Shown here in pieces: positions 55,069-63,488 of a stretch of 64,000 nt of DNA; position 1 is the first letter of the stretch, and each line of letters begins with the position of its first letter. The position numbers and the translations under genes are program-made. The stretch is from an uncultured Pseudomonadales bacterium (GTDB lineage Bacteria > Patescibacteriota > Microgenomatia > UBA1400 > Chazhemtobacteraceae), in contig CAZUBK010000001.1 of the NCBI GenBank assembly GCA_964618725.1, forward strand, positions 2,079-66,078, given 5' to 3'. The notes beneath the pieces are model-generated. The model searched no databases. It was not told the DNA's origin and was given only the letters and a program-made list of their open reading frames with translations.

Positions 55069-55791
55069 ATGCAAAAGAGAATCCATTTATCTATCGTCAT
55101 CCCGGTGTACAACGAGGAGAAGCGACTCAAAAGTCTAAAGAAGGTATTTGCGTTTCTTGAAAGACAAGAATTTGGGAGTGAGCTAATTGTGGTTAATGAC
55201 GGTAGTACCGATAAGACACAGGAGAAACTTAGGTTGCTGCAAGGAAGATATCCCTTGCTACTTGTGACGTATCGTTCCAATAGGGGTAAGGGTTATGCAA
55301 TTAGACGGGGAATGTTGAAGGCAAGGGGTAGGCATCGACTCTTTTTGGATGTCGATCTCTCTACTCCATTAAAGGAATTTGAGAAGATGGTGCCTTTTTT
55401 AGAGACATATGAAGTAATTATTGGTTCGCGTAAAATGAAAGGGGCCAAACTTCGAAAAAGGCAACCAATTATAAGACAAACTCTGGGCAGGGTATTTACT
55501 CAGCTTTCTCGGTGGATTCTTAACGTGCCAGTAAGCGATTTTACTTGTGGTTTTAAGTGCTTTTCGGCGCGATCAACACGGAATATTTTTTCTCGAGCAC
55601 AGATAAACAGGTGGGGGTTTGATTCTGAGATTTTATTCTTAGCGAAAAAAATGGGTCACCAGATTAAAGAAGTTCCGGTAGAGTGGAAAAACGATATCAA
55701 TACAAAAGTTAGGTTTCCCCACGATATCGTTAACTCACTCAAAGAATTGCTGGAGGTAAGAAAGAATGAAATATTGGGTCGATATAACTAA
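55069..55791 (+). CDS. GT2-family glycosyltransferase (dolichol/polyprenol-phosphate sugar transferase-like)
   Basis: LSIVIPVYNEEKRL, VVNDGSTDKT and the DxD region LFLDVDLS fit DPM1/ArnC-like GT2 enzymes. Confidence 0.7.
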   Translation: MQKRIHLSIVIPVYNEEKRLKSLKKVFAFLERQEFGSELIVVNDGSTDKTQEKLRLLQGRYPLLLVTYRSNRGKGYAIRRGMLKARGRHRLFLDVDLSTPLKEFEKMVPFLETYEVIIGSRKMKGAKLRKRQPIIRQTLGRVFTQLSRWILNVPVSDFTCGFKCFSARSTRNIFSRAQINRWGFDSEILFLAKKMGHQIKEVPVEWKNDINTKVRFPHDIVNSLKELLEVRKNEILGRYN

Positions 55792-55838
55792 GCTGATATA
55801 CTGTGACTTAGCTTGGTTTGTACTTTAAAAGGAGATGA

Positions 55839-56486
55839 GTGGTGGAAGCTAAAGAGAGCTTTGTCATCAATGCGATTGGACATGGGCCTTTGTGGCCAGC
55901 TGATCTTGGTCCGATTGATGTAGCCAAGTGGTTGTCCACAATTGGAGTCAGATATGAAGTGATTAATGAAGGAAGGCTGAAAGTATTTGTTGATGATTGG
56001 GAACTAATTAAGATTGGAGGGTCATGGTTTTTCCGGAATCAAGAAAAAGGTCACTATTTGTTCAATTGCCGGCCGACGGAGATCGATGATGAGGCGGTTG
56101 AGCCATTCTTAGACCAATTGGTTGGGTGGGTGGTCTGTGATGGCAGTGTTTGGTATGAGCAGGGTAGACAGAGATTCTTGGTAGAGATTGAGGGGGATGG
56201 AGAGCGCGAACTGCTTGTAAAATGGCTTACATATCTCAAGCTAGACTTTGAACAGAAAACAGAAAAACAAATTGAGGTGACCATTTTTGGTACTAGTTGG
56301 GAGCTGTTCTTTGTGGCGCCTGAATGGACATTGTCTTACTACCCTCCTCAAAAAGGGTGGGTACAAGTATTAGAGGTGTATCCTTTGGAAGTGGATGGAG
56401 GAAATCTTAAAAACTGGTCTGCCCCAAGTGTCTTTTTCTACTTCTTAAGCTTTGAGGAGTACGAAGAGGCCTTGAAAAATAGTTGA
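55839..56486 (+). CDS. Hypothetical protein
   Basis: 215 aa. GTG start with AAAAGGAG as RBS. No recognisable motifs. Confidence 0.3.
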   Translation: MVEAKESFVINAIGHGPLWPADLGPIDVAKWLSTIGVRYEVINEGRLKVFVDDWELIKIGGSWFFRNQEKGHYLFNCRPTEIDDEAVEPFLDQLVGWVVCDGSVWYEQGRQRFLVEIEGDGERELLVKWLTYLKLDFEQKTEKQIEVTIFGTSWELFFVAPEWTLSYYPPQKGWVQVLEVYPLEVDGGNLKNWSAPSVFFYFLSFEEYEEALKNS

Positions 56487-56547
56487 TAAATAAATGAAAT
56501 GAAGCGCTGAGTAATCGGCGCTTTTTTGGGAACATATGCTCCACTAG

Positions 56548-56595
56548 GGAGCTGGTGACCGTAATTGGCTCGAACCTAAGAGATTTGGTAACTCC
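56548..56595. repeat. Copy 1 of a 48-nt direct repeat (GGAGCTGGTGACCGTAATTGGCTCGAACCTAAGAGATTTGGTAACTCC)
   Basis: 36 of 48 nt identical to copy 2 at 57192-57239 with no gaps. Both copies begin GGAG and end CTCC. The two copies flank the ybaK-like gene. Confidence 0.5.
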
Positions 56596-56654
56596 AGATT
56601 TGACTCTTCAGTTAAATGCTTTGAAAGCACATATTAATATCAAAAGTTTCCGAT

Positions 56655-57152
56655 TTACTGATTAAAGTTGGCAACTTCTTCAACTTTATTTTCGAGCGAA
56701 TCAAATATTTTCTTTAAATCAGATCCTTTAGCTTGCACTGTTCTAGTTGGAACAACCGGACTGAACAACATCCATTCTTGTTCATAAATCTTTGGATCAA
56801 TATAGATGTCATATTGGACATTGAACCCGAATGGATATGCACAACCTGGTTTGGCACCAAAGTATTCATTTAATTCTTCAGGTGTAGAGAGTCTCACTTT
56901 ATTTACGTCTAACTTTTCTTTAATTGCATCAAAATTTACCTTTTTACCCTGAAGGGTAATATAAACAATAAACCTGTCTCCAGCTTTTAGAACCATACAT
57001 TTCATCTCTGTTCCAAAAAAACCGGTTTCTTTTTGTACAGCTTCAAGTTCTTCCCATGTTAAAGCTTCTCTGTGAGAAAATAATTTATATTCAACTTGAT
57101 TGCTATCAAGGAGACTGATTAATTTTTCGTAGATAATATTTGGATCAATCAT
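56655..57152 (-). CDS. YbaK/ProX-like aminoacyl-tRNA trans-editing deacylase
   Basis: 165 aa. The K-x-M-V-L-K and GCAYPFG motifs resemble the YbaK/EbsC deacylase core. Confidence 0.5.
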   Translation of the reverse strand: MIDPNIIYEKLISLLDSNQVEYKLFSHREALTWEELEAVQKETGFFGTEMKCMVLKAGDRFIVYITLQGKKVNFDAIKEKLDVNKVRLSTPEELNEYFGAKPGCAYPFGFNVQYDIYIDPKIYEQEWMLFSPVVPTRTVQAKGSDLKKIFDSLENKVEEVANFNQ

Positions 57153-57191
57153 GTGTTATTTCTTGTCAGTTTATGTAACTGTCTGTCATTT

Positions 57192-57239
57192 TGGAGCTGG
57201 TAACGATAATGTGCTCGAACCTATACGACCTTTTAACTC
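57192..57239. repeat. Copy 2 of the 48-nt direct repeat (GGAGCTGGTAACGATAATGTGCTCGAACCTATACGACCTTTTAACTCC)
   Basis: See copy 1. This copy lies in the 5' leader of the ybaK-like gene. Confidence 0.5.
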
Positions 57240-57340
57240 CGAAACTGATTTTACAACTCAAGGAACTCAAACGCCATATGGGTATCCTTGATTTCACAAA
57301 ACCATATATCAAAAAACCACCTAAAAGGTAATATACGTTA

Positions 57341-58273
57341 TTAATACTGATTGTCGAAATTATCTATCTCAGCTTTAATTAATTTAGCTACAGCCCCAGG
57401 ATCTTTATAAATCACCGTATGTCCACCCGGCAAGGTCGTAAGTGTTGATTCCTGTAATCTCTCTTGCATTTTCTTTGCTTGATCTAGTGTAACTTTCTTA
57501 TCTGATTCTCCCCAAATTAAAATTGTCGGTATGGAAATAGATTCCAACTTTTTAAATTGATCTTCGGTATGGGTGAGAATAAATGTTTGCCCCATGATGG
57601 CTCGTTCAGAATAGGGTATTTTACTTATCTGATCATCGGGTACTGAGAGCATCAGCGAAATAAACGTGTTTTTAATATTACTTGGGATTACTCTTGCCTG
57701 TAGTGAAAAAGTAAAAATATTTCCTAGCGTTCGAACAAGTCTAGGGTAGAGGAAGTCTTTATCAGTTGTGTTTGAGTCTACCAAGACCAAATATTTTATT
57801 GAGTCTGGAAAAAGTGAGGCGTACGAAGCCGCTATTCCTCCGCCAAAAGATTGTCCAACAATAATTGGACTTTCTATTTCCAGCTTTTCAACAACTTTCG
57901 CAAAATGCCGAGCATAATCATCATTTGACCAAGGAGCTTTTGGGGTTGAAGATCGATCAAGCCCTGGAACTTCCATCGTGTATACTCGAAAACCTTGCTC
58001 GTGGAGTGCTGTTGTCACTGCATCATTATTCGTATAAGACCCACCCCAGCCATGTATAAAGATAATGGGCTGTTGTTCTGCCTGACCAAGAGTTCTGTAA
58101 TGAATCGTTATACCGTCAATTTCAGCAGTGTGATCCTCAATTTGAGTATTGACCGGAAGTTGTTTTGTAGGAGCGATAAACTCATAGAGTCCGGCGTAAA
58201 AGAAAACAAATATGAAAAGTGAAAGAAAAATAACTCCAAATACAATCAGGAAAATTATGATTTTCTTTTTCAT
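57341..58273 (-). CDS. Alpha/beta hydrolase with an N-terminal membrane anchor
   Basis: The nucleophile elbow GQSFGGG and the oxyanion HGWGGS motif. I used the ATG at 58273 (MKKKIIIFLIVFG...); the table ORF extends to 58375. Confidence 0.5.
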   Translation of the reverse strand: MKKKIIIFLIVFGVIFLSLFIFVFFYAGLYEFIAPTKQLPVNTQIEDHTAEIDGITIHYRTLGQAEQQPIIFIHGWGGSYTNNDAVTTALHEQGFRVYTMEVPGLDRSSTPKAPWSNDDYARHFAKVVEKLEIESPIIVGQSFGGGIAASYASLFPDSIKYLVLVDSNTTDKDFLYPRLVRTLGNIFTFSLQARVIPSNIKNTFISLMLSVPDDQISKIPYSERAIMGQTFILTHTEDQFKKLESISIPTILIWGESDKKVTLDQAKKMQERLQESTLTTLPGGHTVIYKDPGAVAKLIKAEIDNFDNQY

Positions 58274-58416
58274 CAATCTAAGTATATCAACAGCGTGATA
58301 AAATGACCTTACCGAATGATCTCTGTGGTGAAGGTACCTTACTTTTAGGGAACTGATGGCACACAAGTGATCCATCTTAGCTGCAGGGATCGCCCTTCAG
58401 GGTAGAAAATACAACT

Positions 58417-59031
58417 ATGGATTGGAACTTAGACAAAACTAACAAGATCAATGCTTTAGTTTTAACAGCTCATCCTGACGATGAAACTATATTTTGTGGT
58501 GGAACAATTTTGACAAATCCAAATTGGAGTTGGAGTTTTATTTGCGTGACCATGCAGATGGGAACTCCTAGACCCCAAGAATTTACGCACGCTATCGAGA
58601 TGTACAAAGGTTATGGAGTAAATGTAGTTTCTAGCATTACCTTAGAACAAAAGGATGAGGGGCAAGAACTTAGTGAACAAGAATTAAACACTTGGAAATC
58701 TCTAATTCAAGAAAAAGCTGGAGTCCCAGATATTGTCTTTACTCATAACCAGGAGGGTGAATACGGCCATTCTCACCATAGATCGATAAATAGGTTAGCT
58801 AACGAATTATTTGAAAATGTTTGGGAGTTTATTTGTCCCGGCGCTGTGAACGTGGCACCTCAGCCGTTTAAGGCACAAAATAATATTGTCCCGCTCAGTC
58901 AAGATATTCTCAATAAAAAAACTGAAATTTTTAACCGCAGTTACACAACTCAGCTTGCTTGCTGGAAAGTGCTTCCAGAAATAATGCAGTACGAATTTAG
59001 AACGGGTCCGGAAATTTTTACTTCGAAATAA
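58417..59031 (+). CDS. PIG-L/LmbE-family N-acetylglucosaminyl deacetylase
   Basis: ALVLTAHPDDETIFCGGTIL is the PIG-L signature (AHPDDE). Confidence 0.6.
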   Translation: MDWNLDKTNKINALVLTAHPDDETIFCGGTILTNPNWSWSFICVTMQMGTPRPQEFTHAIEMYKGYGVNVVSSITLEQKDEGQELSEQELNTWKSLIQEKAGVPDIVFTHNQEGEYGHSHHRSINRLANELFENVWEFICPGAVNVAPQPFKAQNNIVPLSQDILNKKTEIFNRSYTTQLACWKVLPEIMQYEFRTGPEIFTSK

Positions 59032-59046
59032 AGAGGTCTCAATATT

Positions 59047-59697
59047 CTAATTTATTCCCGCTGATTTGGCGATAATGTTAGCAAGTAGGTTGATGCCTAG
59101 GTCTTTGCCTAACCCTAATGCGAATACACACCATTTTTGAATCTTCTCCCAACTGACATTACCTTTTTCTAGTTCTAGCTGGATATCTTTAACTTGTTTT
59201 ACTAACTTTTCTTTATTTTTTCTGTCAGATTGTTCTATATTTTGTATTATCACTTGAAAGTTGCTGGTTTTATATTCAACTTCCACCTCGTTTTTAACTT
59301 CATTGATATTGGTTATCTGAAACTTAGGCGAGTTATCAATGGAGGGCGGCGGAGTTTCTTCTAGAACGAGGTCATTCTCATAACCACTTTTAACTGCTTC
59401 AAGAATGCCGACACCATGTCTCAAGTAAGTTTCAGTGCTTGATGGCTTGCAGTTTTCCTCGAACTCTTTGACATATGTGCTGTATGACCCAAGAATTTTT
59501 TTCAAAAAGGCGAGAGACTTCATTCTCCATGAAGGATAGCCATTATGATTGACATCAGTGTAGTATTGAACAGTTGGTTCGTGTTCTTCATATACATCAA
59601 ACGACCAGTTTTGAGTTTCGTAAGATTTTGTCACGATTAGGCTATTACCCTCTTGAATCAAAGAGCTTAGATGGTTGATTGTTTCTTCTTTTGTCAT
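59047..59697 (-). CDS. Hypothetical protein, the downstream partner of the Mrr-like nuclease gene
   Basis: 216 aa. It lies 5 nt downstream of the nuclease gene on the same strand, so it is probably co-transcribed. No recognisable motifs. Confidence 0.3.
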   Translation of the reverse strand: MTKEETINHLSSLIQEGNSLIVTKSYETQNWSFDVYEEHEPTVQYYTDVNHNGYPSWRMKSLAFLKKILGSYSTYVKEFEENCKPSSTETYLRHGVGILEAVKSGYENDLVLEETPPPSIDNSPKFQITNINEVKNEVEVEYKTSNFQVIIQNIEQSDRKNKEKLVKQVKDIQLELEKGNVSWEKIQKWCVFALGLGKDLGINLLANIIAKSAGIN

Positions 59698-59701
59698 TTT
59701 T

Positions 59702-60859
59702 TTAGTAAATACTATCCCTTAATTCTCTATAAGCTTCAAAGCCAGTTTCTTGTGTAGGCTTTAAGTAAGTGTTGACGACAAACTTCTCCTCAAAGCTGCC
59801 CATTCTTATCATCTGGAGGATTTTTCGCTCGGCCAGTTCTTTGATAGCGTAGTCAAGCTCGTCATTGCTGAATTTCCATGTACCCCTCTGCAAAGTCTCA
59901 GAGATCTGTATTTCAAGTTTTCTCGTTTCCTTCTGATAAGTGTAAGTAACCAAGACTGTAGTATTAAGTCCCGTGCGTGGCAAGGTTTCAACCTCATCGA
60001 TTGTGAATTTAATCAATGGCTGCGCGGGAATATAATCGCCTGGATCTGGATGTATTCGGTAAAATGCCTGGCTTGGAACAAGCTGGATCTTAAACATCCT
60101 CTCAGAGAAAAACCAATTACCTTTGCCATTTCTAAATTCAAAGTGTAGTCGCAACTCCCTGATCTGATTCTTTCCCATAAAATCGTGCTTCATGGCAATC
60201 CTGAGATCCTTTTTCTCCTGTGGAGCTAAGGTAAAGTTCTTTGGTCCGCCAGGATACCCTCCCCAAGCAAAGCCTTTTATTTCCCAACTACACTCAACCG
60301 CCGGCACATCGCCGGTATTGATTGTCACGAAGGTTGTGTCATGGGTGCCAGTGGCAATCAATCCATCCACATCAATTTGAGGCAAGTGTTCTTCTTCCTC
60401 TGAAATGTTGAAAAACTTTTTGAGAGCATCGGGATCATTCCAAATCTTTTTATCAAGGACTACCGGACCCCAGAAATCCGGTATTGGTAAATCAATGCTC
60501 TGGGCATAGGCCTTGGCCCTATCTTTCGCGTCCGGTGACGCGGGAGAGGAAATCACAAAATAAATTCTTCTGGGGAGCTTAATCTCTCCAGCTTTAACAT
60601 AGCCGGTAATTTTATCTAACTCTGTTTTGAGAACACTGTAGGTAATCTCTTTGTACCTTTTACATTGAAAGTAATCTAGCTCGTCCTCAAAGGTGATGCC
60701 AATAACATCCCTACCTTTGTCGCCGGAGCCTTCGTAGTAGTCAACAGTCCTATATTCACCCGTGCCATCAGCCATCCAGTGACCAAGTTGAGCGAATTTA
60801 TCAGACGGGAGTAAGTTGAAATCAAGATTGTGGTGTGTCGCCGTTAAACGCCCTGTCAT
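59702..60859 (-). CDS. Mrr-like restriction endonuclease-fold (PD-(D/E)xK) domain protein with a large uncharacterised C-terminal domain
   Basis: The N-terminal region GSGDKGRDVIGITFEDELDYFQCKRYK matches the Mrr_cat pattern (D-x-G-x-D ... Q-C-K). The C-terminal roughly 250 aa have no recognisable motifs. Confidence 0.45.
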   Translation of the reverse strand: MTGRLTATHHNLDFNLLPSDKFAQLGHWMADGTGEYRTVDYYEGSGDKGRDVIGITFEDELDYFQCKRYKEITYSVLKTELDKITGYVKAGEIKLPRRIYFVISSPASPDAKDRAKAYAQSIDLPIPDFWGPVVLDKKIWNDPDALKKFFNISEEEEHLPQIDVDGLIATGTHDTTFVTINTGDVPAVECSWEIKGFAWGGYPGGPKNFTLAPQEKKDLRIAMKHDFMGKNQIRELRLHFEFRNGKGNWFFSERMFKIQLVPSQAFYRIHPDPGDYIPAQPLIKFTIDEVETLPRTGLNTTVLVTYTYQKETRKLEIQISETLQRGTWKFSNDELDYAIKELAERKILQMIRMGSFEEKFVVNTYLKPTQETGFEAYRELRDSIY

Positions 60860-61036
60860 AATGATTTGATTTTAGCAGACAGGTGCGTTGATTGCTATAA
60901 TAACTACGGGTTCGAACCTCGTTACCGGTATTTTTCACTTCCAGGCTAACGTCTAAAAACAAAAAAACCTGGCTCGAACCAGGCTAAATTGCGATTTTAA
61001 GGCTAAAAAACCAAAAAACGAGAAGTAATTCCCGTA

Positions 61037-61110
61037 TGGAGCGGGATACGGGAATCGAACCCGTGTAAGCTGATTGGCAACCAGCTACTCTACCATTGAG
61101 CTAATCCCGC
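61037..61110 (-). tRNA. tRNA-Gly (anticodon GCC), CCA encoded
   Basis: Hand-folded from the reverse complement GCGGGATTAGCTCAATGGTAGAGTAGCTGGTTGCCAATCAGC ... TTCGATTCCCGTATCCCGCTCCA. A full cloverleaf is present with anticodon loop TTGCCAA. Confidence 0.85.
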
Positions 61111-61175
61111 TTGCGCGGATCCAAGGAGCCGCTTGAGTTATTTTTGTATTCGTATTTTAAAAATTGCTTGATTTA

Positions 61176-61251
61176 TGGTGCCAAGCTGAGGATTCGAACC
61201 TCAATCTGATGATTTTCAGTCATCCGCCGTGACCATCTTGGCTAGCTTGGC
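61176..61251 (-). tRNA. tRNA-Phe (anticodon GAA), CCA encoded
   Basis: Reverse complement GCCAAGCTAGCC ... GGATGACTGAAAATCATC ... GAGGTTCGAATCCTCAGCTTGGCACCA. Anticodon loop CTGAAAA, T-arm TGAGG-TTCGAAT-CCTCA. Confidence 0.85.
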
Positions 61252-61670
61252 ATGTTTTTGTGAGTGCGAATTCTATGACAATTAGCACAAACTATATCAC
61301 ATTTGTCTATTTCTTTTTTGATTTTTTCTATTGAAAAATTCCAATGAACCATGGCTGCAACATCATTTATTTTGTCCTTTGGATCTCGATGATCTAGATC
61401 CATCACATAAGGTGGATATTTCTTGCCACAGTCCATACAGGGTTTATCTTTGTACTTAATCAAGAACTGTCGTTTGATGGCTACTCCTTTTCTTGTTCGC
61501 ATCATGGTCAATTTTTTCAAATGATCGATATTTTGGCGGTAATAGGTTTTACCCCTTTCTTTCATGCATTGTTTGCATTTCTCGTAGGTTGTGCCAGCTT
61601 TGGGGCCAGTTTTTCGTTTGTAAAACTGTGATAGTTCTTTTGGAGTGTTACATTTCGGGCAGTATTTCAT
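61242..61670 (-). CDS. HNH endonuclease (Zn-finger HNH, homing-endonuclease-like). Its 3' end overlaps the first 10 nt of tRNA-Phe.
   Basis: CPKCN ... CMDCG ... DLDHRDP ... CANCHRIRTH are HNH hallmarks. I used the ATG at 61670 (MKYCPKC...); the table ORF starts at a TTG at 61706. Confidence 0.6.
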   Translation of the reverse strand: MKYCPKCNTPKELSQFYKRKTGPKAGTTYEKCKQCMKERGKTYYRQNIDHLKKLTMMRTRKGVAIKRQFLIKYKDKPCMDCGKKYPPYVMDLDHRDPKDKINDVAAMVHWNFSIEKIKKEIDKCDIVCANCHRIRTHKNMPS

Positions 61671-61828
61671 AGTAATTAGTATGAAAAAAACCCGAAGTAA
61701 AGTCAAATTTAAGGCGAATCTTTAAAGGTGCAAACGAAACTCAGTCAGAGTATATTTTACCACGACTGACAGAGAGAGTAGTATATGGCTTAAAGTACAT
61801 TAACAAACTGGTAAAGAGAAGGTTAATA

Positions 61829-62866
61829 ATGAGAACAGCGGTGGTGACGGGTGTATCTGGCTTTGTTGGCTGGCATATGGCCAAGGAATTGCTTGATAGC
61901 GGCTTTATTGTAAATGGATTGGATATTAATGAGCCAGCAGGTAGCCTACTAAAAAGCGAGAGATTTAGTTTTAAGCAAGTTGATCTGACTAAACCTAAGA
62001 CGATAAACAATCGGGAATGCGTTGATTTGGTGAGAAAAGCGAATATGGTTTTTCATATCGCTGGGCTATTTGACTATGAAGCGTCGCTTGATCGATTGTT
62101 TGAGGTCAATGTCTTGGGGACGCGGAATCTGCTTGATTTGATAATGGATGTCGGCGAGATTGTTCCATCGGTGATTGTTTGGGGGGCGGGTGGAGTCTTT
62201 GGCGACTTTACCCATTTACCTAAAGACAATGGACAGACCGTACCAGCTACTGAAGATATGCCAGTAAGGACAAACAATCCTTACTTACTGTCAAAGTGGT
62301 ATACCGAGCTTGAGGCATTACGCTTTTATCAGCGTTTCGAGCTGCCGGTGAGTGTAATTCGACCCTCAGCCATTTACGGACCAAGGTCTCAATATGGCAT
62401 GGCCAAAGCAATCTTGTTGATTGGACAGGGGGTCTTACCGCCTTTTATTGTTGGTAGTGGATGTAACTTTGGTGCTTTAGTTCACGTAGATGATATTGTC
62501 GGGGCAGCTAGGTTTTTGGCGGAAATCCCCAAAGCAGCAGGACAAGTGTATCACGTTTCTGATGACGGTCTGTATACCGTAGGACAGATGACTAAGCATA
62601 TGGCCAAGGAACTTGGCGTCCCTTTTGTTCCATTCCTCAAGCTACCAAAGCCATTGGCTTGGTGGTTGATTGGGCAGACAGCCGAGCGAGCCAAACAAAT
62701 GGGAGTGCGGTCGGTGGTAGATTACGAATTTGTTAATTTGGTGACGATGAACTCGAGACTGAGTAATAAAAAGCTAAAGAGCTTGGGTTATGTCTTCGAA
62801 TACTCAGACACATTAGTCGGATTGTCGCAAACGATCGCTTGGTACAAGAAGGTAGGTTGGGTATGA
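61829..62866 (+). CDS. NAD-dependent epimerase/dehydratase (extended SDR family)
   Basis: Rossmann motif AVVTGVSGFVGWHMAKELL and the catalytic YxxxK in PYLLSKWY. Confidence 0.7.
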   Translation: MRTAVVTGVSGFVGWHMAKELLDSGFIVNGLDINEPAGSLLKSERFSFKQVDLTKPKTINNRECVDLVRKANMVFHIAGLFDYEASLDRLFEVNVLGTRNLLDLIMDVGEIVPSVIVWGAGGVFGDFTHLPKDNGQTVPATEDMPVRTNNPYLLSKWYTELEALRFYQRFELPVSVIRPSAIYGPRSQYGMAKAILLIGQGVLPPFIVGSGCNFGALVHVDDIVGAARFLAEIPKAAGQVYHVSDDGLYTVGQMTKHMAKELGVPFVPFLKLPKPLAWWLIGQTAERAKQMGVRSVVDYEFVNLVTMNSRLSNKKLKSLGYVFEYSDTLVGLSQTIAWYKKVGWV

Positions 62867-63459
62867 ACAAGAATAGCTTGCTGGGAATCCTCATTTTTAT
62901 GGGACTACTGCTAATTGCCTTATCAGGGTGGTTTTTTACCCTCTTAATTGATTGGTCGATGCTACTGATCATGGGATATATCATGAGTTTTTTTGTCTAT
63001 CGATTCTTAAGTCGACGCTGGAAATGGATGGGGGTGGCAGTAATCTTGCTGCTACCGGTAACCATATTGTCACTGTATGCCGGAGGGATTCTACCCTACT
63101 TTGACAAGATGATGCCTGAACAAGTCTATTTTCATCTGTTGCCCAAGGAAATCTTAGGGATAACTGGCAATGACTTTATGTGGAATGGATTCTTATTGGT
63201 TACCGTTGGTAGGGTCGTTCCTTTATCGATTCAACCGACATACCAATATCTTGGTTTCAATATCTTTGCGGCACTTATTTGGCTTGGAATGTTGATAGTG
63301 TTACCTTGGGCGTCTTTGCGAGGTTATGCCGATTCGACCGTGCCAACCAACTGGCTTAAGGTGTTTGTCCCTGGACTGCTTAAGATGGTGGTTTTGGCGG
63401 TAGTAACAAATGCCTTGTTGATATCAATATCTCTCTTATTAGTTTGGCTGTATTCGTGA
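62839..63459 (+). CDS. Hypothetical polytopic membrane protein
   Basis: 206 aa with 5-6 hydrophobic helices. It overlaps the epimerase gene, so the two are probably an operon. Confidence 0.35.
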   Translation: MVQEGRLGMNKNSLLGILIFMGLLLIALSGWFFTLLIDWSMLLIMGYIMSFFVYRFLSRRWKWMGVAVILLLPVTILSLYAGGILPYFDKMMPEQVYFHLLPKEILGITGNDFMWNGFLLVTVGRVVPLSIQPTYQYLGFNIFAALIWLGMLIVLPWASLRGYADSTVPTNWLKVFVPGLLKMVVLAVVTNALLISISLLLVWLYS

Positions 63460-63488
63460 ATTGGTTCGCCCGGTATACCGGGCGATTT

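Noticed and set aside
56548-56610. The 48-nt repeats considered as tRNA or tRNA-intron genes because of the TAGGTTCGAGCC core
   Set aside because: Neither strand provides a complementary T-stem 3' half or an acceptor stem, so cloverleaf folding fails for both copies.
60900-60935. tRNA-like T-arm sequence (ACGGGTTCGAACCTCGT-TACCGGTA) upstream of tRNA-Gly, considered as an additional tRNA gene
   Set aside because: No complementary 5' acceptor strand (ACCGGTA) exists at the required distance, which would fall inside the nuclease gene start. There is also no D-arm or anticodon arm. I kept it only as a possible att-site remnant.
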